A DNA stretch of 52,243 nt from Thermoproteota archaeon (GTDB taxonomy: Archaea > Thermoproteota > Nitrososphaeria > Nitrososphaerales > Nitrososphaeraceae): positions 1 through 52,243 of the forward strand of contig JBKPMK010000018.1 of NCBI GenBank assembly GCA_046732115.1, in the 5' to 3' direction. The notes under the pieces are model-generated. The model was not told the origin of the DNA, did no database searches, and was given only the letters and a program-made list of their open reading frames with translations. A program made the translations under genes and the position numbers. Positions 9,498-18,801 of this stretch are shown in pieces (positions within the stretch are counted from its first letter, which is position 1; every line of letters begins with the position of its first letter).

Positions 9498-10433
9498 TTG
9501 ACGGACACATCATTAATGAGAATGAGTGACACTACTTTTTTAACCCACCTATTTCCTTACTACTTTCAGTTGCTCCATCAAATATATTTAGATGCTATTG
9601 ATAGAGCGGAAAGAAACATCTCCATTATAAGGGATTCTAATTATCAATACATCATAGATGCCGCCACGTCGCGTTGGAATGACTACGAACCTTTAACGAA
9701 GGAATGTGAGTCTGTTGGAGTAGATAGTAGCTGGAATAAAAGATCTTTTCAAGGCCTCGATCTATACGCCGTCGATGCGCTATCTGTTAATTCTGAAAAT
9801 GAAATACTGGCAGTTGAATGGGACACTGGACTAAGTATCATTCGAAATGAAATGTTAGAATCAAAAGCCATAATCATGGAATCTAGAGTGACAGAAAGTG
9901 CAACAAAGAATAGAGATGTCGATATTATTTCCATTGATGGTTCACTTGCATACAGATTTAGCCAGAATAACGAAGCGGATATTATGCAGATCAAGGCTAT
10001 TATTAAGAAAAACAGCAATGTGATCTTTGTATCAAAGAATTCGGATACCAAAACACAATTTGGCTCTTTAGGCGCAAAGGCCGCTGATATGTATTACTTC
10101 AATCATATTGGCGATTCGGCTGGTTTTAGTGCTCCTTTCCATAGTATTCAAACAAATCCACGCCACGGAAACATCATGGAAATATTCGCTCGACTAAAAG
10201 AATGCACTCCTATAATAAAAATAGAGATATCTGACCTGACAAATGGTCAAATCAATAACGGAGAGATCAAAAAATTATTGGACATGTTATCATTTCATTC
10301 CGTGGCAGGTTATCCATATTGTCTGAAATTAGCGCATCAAAACTGCAAGATAAGTAAAAGAGATATAGACAGGATAGTTAGTTTCTATGGACTTAAAAAC
10401 GAGTCCAAATCTAGGGATCCTCTCAATGAATAA
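9498..10433 (+). CDS. NurA-domain-like nuclease (tentative)
   Basis: 311 aa. Two acidic motifs, VGVDSSW and DIISIDGSLAY, are spaced about 75 residues apart, with a C-terminal region ending in ..GYPYCLKLAHQNCKIS. This resembles the NurA 5'-3' nuclease layout. Assignment is by eye only. Confidence 0.45.
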   Translation: MTDTSLMRMSDTTFLTHLFPYYFQLLHQIYLDAIDRAERNISIIRDSNYQYIIDAATSRWNDYEPLTKECESVGVDSSWNKRSFQGLDLYAVDALSVNSENEILAVEWDTGLSIIRNEMLESKAIIMESRVTESATKNRDVDIISIDGSLAYRFSQNNEADIMQIKAIIKKNSNVIFVSKNSDTKTQFGSLGAKAADMYYFNHIGDSAGFSAPFHSIQTNPRHGNIMEIFARLKECTPIIKIEISDLTNGQINNGEIKKLLDMLSFHSVAGYPYCLKLAHQNCKISKRDIDRIVSFYGLKNESKSRDPLNE

Positions 10434-10553
10434 ATCCGACCCTTCAATTTTAAACGAGAGGTAGTTGACCGTGTATACATCTAATAGTATTCTGAATCCT
10501 TCTAGAATATAACAGATCTATAATATAATATACTAGGTTAGTGTTACTGCTAT

Positions 10554-11414
10554 CTATAACGTTTGTTCGATCTGATTATATAATGATTTTATAAAGTTAA
10601 GCCCGAATTCTGTATCAGCCCTATACCAGTCGGAGGTTAAATTAGGTTCGAAGCTGATATATTCACTATTATAACCAATTCGATTCAAAGCTTTCATAAT
10701 TGTTTTAAAGTCTATATGCCCGAGGCCAGGCATTTTCCTGTTGTTATCAGCAAAATGAGTATGATGCAGCATTCCCTCTGTACTTATTATTGCATTTTCG
10801 AACGAATCCTCTTCAATATTCATATGAAAAGTGTCCAGCAAAACTCCAAAATTGTCTTGATTTATTTTTTGAGCTATTTTAACTGCATCAGCAGCGGTAG
10901 TGCAGTAGGGGGTACTGTATCTGTTAAGCGGCTCTAACAATGTCTGTATACCTCTATCATTGGCATATCCGGCTAATTCGGATAAGATAGGTAGCACACG
11001 CTGTATAACAGGTAGTTTTTCTTGTTCTGAAATGACCTGGTGGTTTTTGTCTATTAAAGCTAATTTGTCGTCAGCAAAAAGACAAAGGTTTAATTTTTTT
11101 CCGCCCAGCCGATGACACATGTCTATACATTGCATCACATAATTTTGTGAATACCTTATCAAACTTTGGTCTAAGCTTAGTAGTTTTCTTTTCCATCCAT
11201 CTGGACTGATAGAACCCCACATTCCTGTGACGCCACATACAGAAATATCGTATGACTGAAATAGCTCGCGCAGATATTCCAATTTTACGCTTTCTGGTTC
11301 GCCGAACATCTCTATAGCGTCATAGCCTTGATTAAGCAAAGTGTGCAGCGTCTGCTCTAATGGTTCGACTATGCTTCTAAAGGAAGATAGCGTAATAGAA
11401 TATTTTAAAGACAT
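10554..11414 (-). CDS. sugar-phosphate isomerase/epimerase, xylose-isomerase-like TIM barrel
   Basis: 286 aa. Blocks YDAIEMFGEP, TLLEPLNRY, LLDTFHMNIEE and HTHFADNNR are typical of the AP-endonuclease-2/xylose-isomerase-like TIM barrel family. Confidence 0.8.
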   Translation of the reverse strand: MSLKYSITLSSFRSIVEPLEQTLHTLLNQGYDAIEMFGEPESVKLEYLRELFQSYDISVCGVTGMWGSISPDGWKRKLLSLDQSLIRYSQNYVMQCIDMCHRLGGKKLNLCLFADDKLALIDKNHQVISEQEKLPVIQRVLPILSELAGYANDRGIQTLLEPLNRYSTPYCTTAADAVKIAQKINQDNFGVLLDTFHMNIEEDSFENAIISTEGMLHHTHFADNNRKMPGLGHIDFKTIMKALNRIGYNSEYISFEPNLTSDWYRADTEFGLNFIKSLYNQIEQTL

Positions 11415-11508
11415 GCATAATCCTATATTAAAACCAGCTGTTCCAAATTATTTCTTCTCATGTCAGAACCAAAACCGCTATATAATACTAGAATGACAAC
11501 CGAAGCAA

Positions 11509-12939
11509 TCAAGAGGGCTGTACCCATTTGCTAACCGATTTCAGCAGATATTGTCCAATCCCTATACAATCTACGATTCCAGAATTTTTTTGCTCAGGAT
11601 GGTTAATAGCTCCGCTATTTGACTTGTGGCTTGATACGTACAGCGAATATCCCTCCTCAGTGCTGGGATCTACTGGTCTTCCGTGAGAGCCTCTTACTAA
11701 TCTAGTGTCAAGCGGTATTGATCTTGAATGTGGGTCTACGAACAATTCGACTGGATCGTACCCTGGTTTTCTGTGTATATCTACCGTTTGTGCGAACGTG
11801 GGTGCTTTATCTTTGCTATACCACCAGTAGTAGCTAAACCATTTATCCCGATCGGATATTGCAATTAATTCGCCTGATCGTTCATGGTCTATCTTGAGAT
11901 CACTTTTTTCTCGGCCAGAGAGGATCCTATCTACTCCTTTTGTCTCTTCCAATACCCTCTTTGTCTGGTCTAAAAACCCTTCCTTGATATAAATATGAGC
12001 TATTTGGTGGTCTACCATCGCAAATGCATTACTACATTCATAGTCAATATACTCCCTATCATTTATCGTACGTGTAACTAGAAGATTCTCATCTCTTAGC
12101 CCTAGGTTCAAGGGAACGGCTTCCTTTACATCATTAAATCCGTATTCTGACAAGATTATAAATTGTGTATCCTCATGAATACCTAACTGGACTGTCTTGT
12201 CAACTATTTCGCCTACTATATCGTCGGCCTTCTTTAAGTCATCTTGGACTTGTTGGCTCTTCTTACCAAATCTTTGAGCAGAGTAGTCGACATGAGGTAT
12301 GTACGTAAACATCATATTGGGACGTTCATTCTCCAGCGTATATTTGGCCGCATTGCAAATCCACTCGCTGGACTTCGACGAAGCCAAGGGCCCCCAATAG
12401 CTAGCAAGGTCAAATTCTCCTAGCTTTTGTTTTAATTGATTATCATAAAAGCCGATTGGCTTAGAATAACACCACATTTCCATGCGATCTTGGAAATGAA
12501 GAGGTCTAGGCGTGACTACGACGTCCGACCCAGCGTACATGGTATTTTGCCAAAACAATACTGCCGTCTTCACACTGGAGAAAGATGATCCCAATGATGT
12601 GGGAGAAGCCGATGATGAAGGTGATTGAGGCGTGAGATCATTACTCTTTTTGGCTATATCCCAAACTCGATCAGTCTGAACTAGTCTGCTTGACTGTTCC
12701 CAAAACGACACTTCACATTTGATTCGATCATACAACCCATTTGCTATAATCCCATGTCGGCTCGGATATGTGCCTGAAAGTATACTGGTTTGAACAGGGC
12801 AAGTCAATGCCGGAAAAACAGGCTCCATTTTAGCAGCTTCACCATGTGCTGCAATATTTCCAATATTTGGCAATATGTTAGATTCGATATGACGAATTTC
12901 TAATCCAACAACATCAAGCACAATGATATATTTTATCAT
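11509..12939 (-). CDS. alkaline-phosphatase-superfamily nucleotide pyrophosphatase/phosphodiesterase (EboF-like)
   Basis: 476 aa. The N-terminal IIVLDVVGL...LPNIGNIAAHG....FPALTCPVQTSILSGTYPSRHGIIANG matches the type-I phosphodiesterase pattern with a nucleophilic Thr. It contains a Ser-rich low-complexity insert (TPQSPSSSASPTSLGSSFSS). Confidence 0.8.
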   Translation of the reverse strand: MIKYIIVLDVVGLEIRHIESNILPNIGNIAAHGEAAKMEPVFPALTCPVQTSILSGTYPSRHGIIANGLYDRIKCEVSFWEQSSRLVQTDRVWDIAKKSNDLTPQSPSSSASPTSLGSSFSSVKTAVLFWQNTMYAGSDVVVTPRPLHFQDRMEMWCYSKPIGFYDNQLKQKLGEFDLASYWGPLASSKSSEWICNAAKYTLENERPNMMFTYIPHVDYSAQRFGKKSQQVQDDLKKADDIVGEIVDKTVQLGIHEDTQFIILSEYGFNDVKEAVPLNLGLRDENLLVTRTINDREYIDYECSNAFAMVDHQIAHIYIKEGFLDQTKRVLEETKGVDRILSGREKSDLKIDHERSGELIAISDRDKWFSYYWWYSKDKAPTFAQTVDIHRKPGYDPVELFVDPHSRSIPLDTRLVRGSHGRPVDPSTEEGYSLYVSSHKSNSGAINHPEQKNSGIVDCIGIGQYLLKSVSKWVQPS

Positions 12940-13032
12940 AAATTACCAACCTTTATCTTATATCGTAACCTAATACCAATTTGTCATTTAAATTGGTTTG
13001 TTTGTTTGTTTTGCTTGTCTTCTTTTTCGGAT

Positions 13033-13989
13033 TTAGGTCACATAAAGTCGTTTGGACAGGACAACTGCAGGAATGACAAGTATGAGAACGGGCAGCCCAT
13101 AATCTAACCCTGCAACTCCGCTTACAAACATAGAATCAAATATTATGATTGTAATTACCATGTTCTGTACAGTATTCCGCACATGTGAAGAAGAATAACC
13201 GGATTTAGTCTGTATAACAAGAATAGTGATAATGACCGCTGAAAACAGGGCCAAGTTAACGAATAGGTCTTGTCTAAAAATTCCGAGAAAAACTAAAATG
13301 ATAATGCATGCAACTATAAAGAAAATAATCGAAAAGCACTTAACGACAGTCTCTCTGTTGTTACGAAATATTGTTTGTGAATCCTTTTGAAATTCGTCAA
13401 GTTGAACCTCTTTCCTGCTAAGCAGGCTAATTGAAAATATGTACCCGAAGATAAATATAATAATGAACGCCAATCTTGCAAGCAAATTATTATTCTGTAA
13501 TATCAAATACAAAGCTGGACTGCTACCTAGGACAACATTGATGGACCTCGCTAAACCCATCGCAATTGGGCCAAAATTAGTTTTCTTCAGCTTATAATTA
13601 TATGAAATAACTATAACCGAAACAAGACCTGATATCGCATAGCTGTTTGGACCGCCAGCAAAAAAAGCGGCCAAATTGGCAGAAATCATCGACGCTACGC
13701 CGATCGTTATTGCCGTCCGTTTGGAAATCTTTCCCGAAGGAAGTGGTCTGCAAGGACGCTCCTTAAGATCAGTTTGAATGTCAAAATAGTCATTGAACAC
13801 TAGGCCCGATGCGTAAAGTAATATCGATGAAACTGCTAAAAGTGACAATTGTACCATATCGGTATGAATAGGCTTGATTAATGCAAAATACCCGACTAAA
13901 ATATTTGATGGAACAGTAAAGAGGTTAGGTAACCTAATTAAACGTAGATAATCTTCTAACAATAATATTCGCCATGTAAATAATGACAC
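13033..13989 (-). CDS. UbiA-family prenyltransferase (EboC-like)
   Basis: 318 aa, highly hydrophobic with about 8-9 TM segments. The first Asp-rich motif is NDYFDIQTD (NDxxDxxxD). The N-terminal RLIRLPNLFTVPSN is typical of the family. Confidence 0.85.
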   Translation of the reverse strand: MSLFTWRILLLEDYLRLIRLPNLFTVPSNILVGYFALIKPIHTDMVQLSLLAVSSILLYASGLVFNDYFDIQTDLKERPCRPLPSGKISKRTAITIGVASMISANLAAFFAGGPNSYAISGLVSVIVISYNYKLKKTNFGPIAMGLARSINVVLGSSPALYLILQNNNLLARLAFIIIFIFGYIFSISLLSRKEVQLDEFQKDSQTIFRNNRETVVKCFSIIFFIVACIIILVFLGIFRQDLFVNLALFSAVIITILVIQTKSGYSSSHVRNTVQNMVITIIIFDSMFVSGVAGLDYGLPVLILVIPAVVLSKRLYVT

Positions 13990-14083
13990 CGATTGTATAT
14001 CTGAATAACCCTACATCCAATGCAGATCGGCTGGTAGGTCGTACGAATCTTCAGTTGACCGCTAGCCGCACATTCAGTACAAA

Positions 14084-15016
14084 CTATAATTTTTTAATAA
14101 TATTACTCAGATATTCGTATGATGTCTTTGCAGCGGAGAATGGGTCATCCTGGTACGGATAAAGTTCAACAGTTACGAATCCGTTGTAGTTAATTTCACT
14201 GATAGCCTTAAAAATTGAAAGAAAATCAATAGCTCCACGGCCAGGTATTAAATGATTATGTACTCTTGTGTAGGATATATCTGCAAGATGGAAATGTCCT
14301 ATATATCTAGCCAAGCGGTAAATTAGATCAGCTGGGTCTTCTCTAACACAAAAAAAATGAGCTATGTCAAAGTTAAGGCCAACCCAGTCGGAATGTATTT
14401 TGTTGACAAACGTTAAAAATTGCTCTGAATTTTCAATAAGGAGGCCAGGCTCTGGCTCTACAAGTACTTTTACACCACATGATTTAGCAATTTCAGCGCT
14501 TCTGTTGATACCCTCGATAAATAGATCTTCCATTCGATGAAGATCGTAGCGGTTAGTTGCATTATCGTTGATTCTGCCTTCATCATTATCTAAATTAATA
14601 TCTTTATTATAATCTGTTTTTACAGGTCCGCCAGGTTCAGTTGATATGTTTCTGGCTCCTATACTTTTTGCCAGATTGAGGCAATTGTTTGTATGCTCTA
14701 TGCGCAGTTCCCTTAGGCGAACATCTCTTTCTATCCAAGACGGATGATACACATCGGTTATCGCGTAAAGCGTAAAGGCATTAAGGTTAGATACCTGCAT
14801 TTCATTGCTAGAAACAGATTCTTTGATTGAGAGAATATCTTCTTCTTCAAGGTATGGCGGATATGCATGAGGGATATCGCATAGGATCTCTACGCCTTCG
14901 TACCCAATCTTTTTAATTAACCTAATCGATTCTTTCAATGCATATTTTTTAAATGCATTAGTGCTAAAGGCAAGCTTCATGATGGACCAGCAGTTTTTGA
15001 TTCGACCATAGAGCAA
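14084..15016 (-). CDS. xylose-isomerase-like TIM-barrel protein (EboE-like)
   Basis: 310 aa. Contains MKLAFSTNAF (likely true start at Met13, about 14980), YEGVEI, VLVEPEPG, NFDIAHF and HFHLADI. The stop lies 3 nt from the upstream TatD gene. Confidence 0.8.
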   Translation of the reverse strand: MLYGRIKNCWSIMKLAFSTNAFKKYALKESIRLIKKIGYEGVEILCDIPHAYPPYLEEEDILSIKESVSSNEMQVSNLNAFTLYAITDVYHPSWIERDVRLRELRIEHTNNCLNLAKSIGARNISTEPGGPVKTDYNKDINLDNDEGRINDNATNRYDLHRMEDLFIEGINRSAEIAKSCGVKVLVEPEPGLLIENSEQFLTFVNKIHSDWVGLNFDIAHFFCVREDPADLIYRLARYIGHFHLADISYTRVHNHLIPGRGAIDFLSIFKAISEINYNGFVTVELYPYQDDPFSAAKTSYEYLSNIIKKL

Positions 15017-15019
15017 GGT

Positions 15020-15886
15020 TCATGGTTTCCAGGTGAATTTCTCTGATTGTTTGAAGAATTCATATGCATTATAGAATGTTACTTTTTCGATATCGTGTAT
15101 ACTAATTTTGCTGTCCTTTCTCATCTCTCTGGCTACCAATGGAACGCTTAATGGATCGGAAACACCCCAATCAGCAGCACTATGAATCATTATGCGATCC
15201 GGTCCATATTTTCTTATTAATCCAATGGCTCGCTCTGGCGATAGCTTTGTAACGGGATACACGGAAAGGCCGGCCCACATACCTAAATCCAACGTCTTGG
15301 CAATGGTTTCTTCTACATTATGATCTACAAGTATCTTTTTTGTATCGTATTTTCCAGAGGTGTCAGCCTTTAATATATGCTCAATTCGTTTCATTCCTTC
15401 CGATTTATTATTATGAGGTAAATGTATAGAAGTCAGCATTTTTTTCTGAGATGCAATGTCCATCTGTTTTATGAAGACTTCTTCTTCAAGATCATTTATC
15501 ATGTTGTAACCGATTTCTCCTATTGCAACTACCCTTTCCCTGTCAAGATATCTGATCATGGCATCCATCGCATCTAATGCTAAAGGTCTTTCTGTAGCCT
15601 CCTTTGGGTTTACTGAAATGCATACAAAATGTTCTATTGCGAATTCTCTCGCCCTTTTTGTTTCAAAACTGATCATGTGCTCCCAATAATCTACAAACGT
15701 TCCAACTGATGTTCTTGGACTACCTAGCCAAAATGAAGGTTGAACTATAACTTCGATGCCAGCTTTAGACATTGCATCGTAGTCGTCAGTGGTACGGGAA
15801 TACATATGTATATGTGGATCGATTAACCTTGTCAAGATCGTACAGTAAATATGTCTGTTTCTCCTCAATAATAAAAATGTGTGCAA
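15020..15886 (-). CDS. TatD-family metal-dependent hydrolase (EboB-like)
   Basis: Contains IDPHIHMYSRTTDDY (HxH metal motif), AIGEIGYN, SIHLPH and LVDHN. The first 17 residues of the track ORF look non-native. An in-frame TTG at 15833-15835 (M-TRLIDPHIH) is a more natural start. Confidence 0.8.
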   Translation of the reverse strand: MHTFLLLRRNRHIYCTILTRLIDPHIHMYSRTTDDYDAMSKAGIEVIVQPSFWLGSPRTSVGTFVDYWEHMISFETKRAREFAIEHFVCISVNPKEATERPLALDAMDAMIRYLDRERVVAIGEIGYNMINDLEEEVFIKQMDIASQKKMLTSIHLPHNNKSEGMKRIEHILKADTSGKYDTKKILVDHNVEETIAKTLDLGMWAGLSVYPVTKLSPERAIGLIRKYGPDRIMIHSAADWGVSDPLSVPLVAREMRKDSKISIHDIEKVTFYNAYEFFKQSEKFTWKP

Positions 15887-15988
15887 TCTTTTTTATCCCT
15901 GTTAACGTACCCTCGGATGAGAGTAAATAAGAGACACACACCTTAGCAATAAAGTAACATGAGGAGAAGAAATAAGAAGGAGATGTAA

Positions 15989-17122
15989 ATGCGCGCGGCG
16001 GTATTTTATGGACCAGGCAGCATCGCCAATGAGGAGGTAGATTGCGATTTTCGGTATAATCGAATCGATCCATCATACACAAGAATTGAAGGCGATGTTT
16101 TTTTAAAAGTCAAAGCCTGTGCAGTTTGTGGATATGACGTCAGGGTATACAGAAATGGACATCACAAAATTATATCGCCTGTAATATTAGGACACGAAAT
16201 CTGTGGCCAGGTTAATTCAGACATAACAGTCAATAGTTTAAGATCCAACCACGCAAACATTATAAAGCGTGATATAAAGGCCGGCTCAAGAGTAGCGGTC
16301 TCGCCTCTAATCCCTTGTCTGAGTTGCGTGTATTGTCAATTCGAACTCTACAATCTCTGTATTAACCTAAAAGAAATAGGCTCTAGTGTAAATGGCGGTT
16401 TCGCTGAGTTTGTAAAAATACCCCAGCAGCTCTTGAAGATCGGGGGCTTGGTTCCTGTACCTGACAACTTGAGCGATGAGGAAGCAGCTTTACTTGAACC
16501 ACTTGCCTGTTGTTTGAATGGTCTTTATCATTTGAACCCACTTATAAGAAGAAATGAACAAGGCTCCGTGGCTATAATCGGAGATGGACCAATAGGTCTG
16601 CTGCATTTGCAATTAGTAAAAAATATGTGCAACGCAAACGTGACTGTTATAGGAAGAGTCTCACAAAGACTAAACCACGCCAAATGGATGGGAGCAAATG
16701 CTACAATTACCTTTGCTGACGCTCAATTTGATCAAAGCTTGGAAAAAACCATGGAGCTTACAGCCGGAGTCGGCTTCAATGTCATTATAATTGCTACAAG
16801 TAATCCTGTGGCTCTTGATTTTGCACTAAAAATCGCAAGCAAGAACTCACGCATCAACATTTTTGCAGGGATGCCAAAAATAACTAATCCTTCGATGTTT
16901 TCATTAGATCCAAATTTTTTGCATTACAACCAAATTTCTATTACGGGTAGCTTTAGCTCAACCCCATCCACCTTAATGGAAGCTGCCAAACTTGCTTCTC
17001 AAGGAGAAATTAGTTTATCGACACTAGTGACCCACAAGTATCATCTCAGAGATATTGTACAAGCTGTTCTTGATACTGAAACGTACCGAGGTCTGAGAGT
17101 TGTAATCAATAGATTTCACTAG
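15989..17122 (+). CDS. zinc-dependent medium-chain alcohol/polyol dehydrogenase
   Basis: Contains the catalytic-zinc block ILGHEICGQV, structural-zinc Cys cluster CLSCVYCQFELYNLC and Rossmann IIGDGPIGLL. Transcribed divergently from the TatD-TIM-UbiA-phosphodiesterase-TIM gene string. Confidence 0.85.
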   Translation: MRAAVFYGPGSIANEEVDCDFRYNRIDPSYTRIEGDVFLKVKACAVCGYDVRVYRNGHHKIISPVILGHEICGQVNSDITVNSLRSNHANIIKRDIKAGSRVAVSPLIPCLSCVYCQFELYNLCINLKEIGSSVNGGFAEFVKIPQQLLKIGGLVPVPDNLSDEEAALLEPLACCLNGLYHLNPLIRRNEQGSVAIIGDGPIGLLHLQLVKNMCNANVTVIGRVSQRLNHAKWMGANATITFADAQFDQSLEKTMELTAGVGFNVIIIATSNPVALDFALKIASKNSRINIFAGMPKITNPSMFSLDPNFLHYNQISITGSFSSTPSTLMEAAKLASQGEISLSTLVTHKYHLRDIVQAVLDTETYRGLRVVINRFH

Positions 17123-17322
17123 TCGTAGCGAAGCAGAATAGAGTAAGCATTACATATAATATTCAGTACATAGGTATCCTGTTGCTAATGAAATAGCATA
17201 TTCTCAAATAGTACTTGAGTGCCATCACCGACAACTAGAAAAAAACTCGACGGATATGTTGTACTTGCACTAAATGTTTGAATTTAATATTATACTCAGT
17301 CAATTACTCAACTAAGAAGTAT

Positions 17323-17499
17323 TTAGTGTTCTTTTCTCTTTGCTATTTGCTTGTCGTCGGCAAGATTCTCTGCCTCGGCCTTGCCATGACTTTCTGCTTC
17401 TTCCTTTTCAGTTTGTTCCGGAACATTGAATCTTTCGTTGAATTGAACAGCTTTCCTTGCTCTAACTGCGGCATCTTCGTTATTTTCATTGGTAGCCAT
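17323..17499 (-). CDS. small hydrophilic hypothetical protein (58 aa, internal start of track ORF)
   Basis: MATNENNEDAAVRARKAVQFNERFNVPEQTEKEEAESHGKAEAENLADDKQIAKRKEH. The upstream part of the 121-aa track ORF looks non-coding. ORF evidence only. Confidence 0.3.
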   Translation of the reverse strand: MATNENNEDAAVRARKAVQFNERFNVPEQTEKEEAESHGKAEAENLADDKQIAKRKEH

Positions 17500-17781
17500 C
17501 TTTTGTCCAACATTCAATAGACCACATACTAGAAAAGAATTACAATCCAACAAATTGCAATTGTACGTCGCATTCTTTCCATTGCTGTATCCGTACTGCT
17601 CCCGGTAGATAAATGATTTTAAATGAGGTCTAAGCATAGTAGTCTTTGGACTAACCATATTACCAAATTCAAAGTGGCTGATTAACAATTATTTAGCTTT
17701 TTGTTAACATACTATGTACTAGCTCCGTTAAGTTACGACGTGATTATGATAATCTATAAAATCTGAGTTGAGCTTGGATAG

Positions 17782-18294
17782 TTGAGCTTAGGTAAGAAAA
17801 AGATCAAGATAGAAGTTGAGGACGCGGAAGGTGACAAATATAACCTTTCACTAGAGGGTAATATGTCAAAAGAAAAGGTAATGAAAGTAATGGAACTCAT
17901 GGAAGCCATAAATGACGGAAAGTCAGAGCCAACTGAATTTAATAATTATCATACGCCCAACCAATTACAACAAAACCTAAACTCACTATCCTCAAAGATT
18001 TGGTGGATTGTAGAAAGTAAATTCCCTTTTACAAGTTTTACTTCAACTGATATATTGGAGATGTACACCGATGAATACAACGAACCAATCAAGCTTGATG
18101 TAATCGCAACGTATTTGTCGAGATACCAGAAAAAAGGAAAGCTATTGCGAAGTAAAGGGGGCAAGGAATGGATATACAAGCTTTACAAACAATCTGGGTT
18201 AACTCAAGATCCCATTCAGGACAAACCTAGACCTGCTGTGCAGGGCTTCGAAAGTATTTTTAAAGATCTACACGCAAAAAATCTAAACAACTAG
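17782..18294 (+). CDS. hypothetical protein (170 aa, possible C-terminal winged-helix)
   Basis: TTG start. The C-terminal FTSTDILEMYTDEYNEPIKLDVIATYLSRYQKKGKLLRSKGGKEWIYKL is winged-helix-like. No confident family. Confidence 0.4.
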   Translation: MSLGKKKIKIEVEDAEGDKYNLSLEGNMSKEKVMKVMELMEAINDGKSEPTEFNNYHTPNQLQQNLNSLSSKIWWIVESKFPFTSFTSTDILEMYTDEYNEPIKLDVIATYLSRYQKKGKLLRSKGGKEWIYKLYKQSGLTQDPIQDKPRPAVQGFESIFKDLHAKNLNN

Positions 18295-18501
18295 GTACTT
18301 AGAAATATCCGCTCGCTGCTGTAGTTTCATGATAGAGCGAATCATTAACAGATCGTATTCAAGTTGGCCCCCAATAGACAGACGTGTTCGAGATAAAGTC
18401 GCTCTCTAGGGTATTTCAAACTGAGTGAACCTCTTAATTTGTTAACCTCAACACATAGCAAAAGTGACTACCGCAATATTAAGACAGTTTTAATTAGCAA
18501 G

Positions 18502-18708
18502 TCAAATTCTAGCCTCTGATACACCAACGCTATTATATAGCATCTTTACACACTCGGAGTATGTTCTATATTTGAACTTGATTTCATTGACAGGCAAATC
18601 TTGTTTTAAGTGATCTTTCATTGTATCAATCTTGTATTTTTTTGCGATATCATCCAAAATCGAATTGACAGACATATTTCGGTAAGATTCTACAATAAGG
18701 CGAGCCAT
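18502..18708 (-). CDS. hypothetical protein (68 aa)
   Basis: ORF only. Confidence 0.3.
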   Translation of the reverse strand: MARLIVESYRNMSVNSILDDIAKKYKIDTMKDHLKQDLPVNEIKFKYRTYSECVKMLYNSVGVSEARI

Positions 18709-18801
18709 TATTCCTATATATGCTCACCATAATATTTATTATACTATGAACTAAATACAACAGATTCGTTCAAAATAGGTAACTACGATGCTTCTTCTTG
18801 G

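Noticed and set aside
17278-17520. An 80-aa + strand hydrophobic ORF overlaps the minus-strand small ORF.
   Set aside because: The Phe/Leu/Cys-rich translation is typical of the antisense strand of a charged Lys/Glu-rich ORF. There is no independent support.
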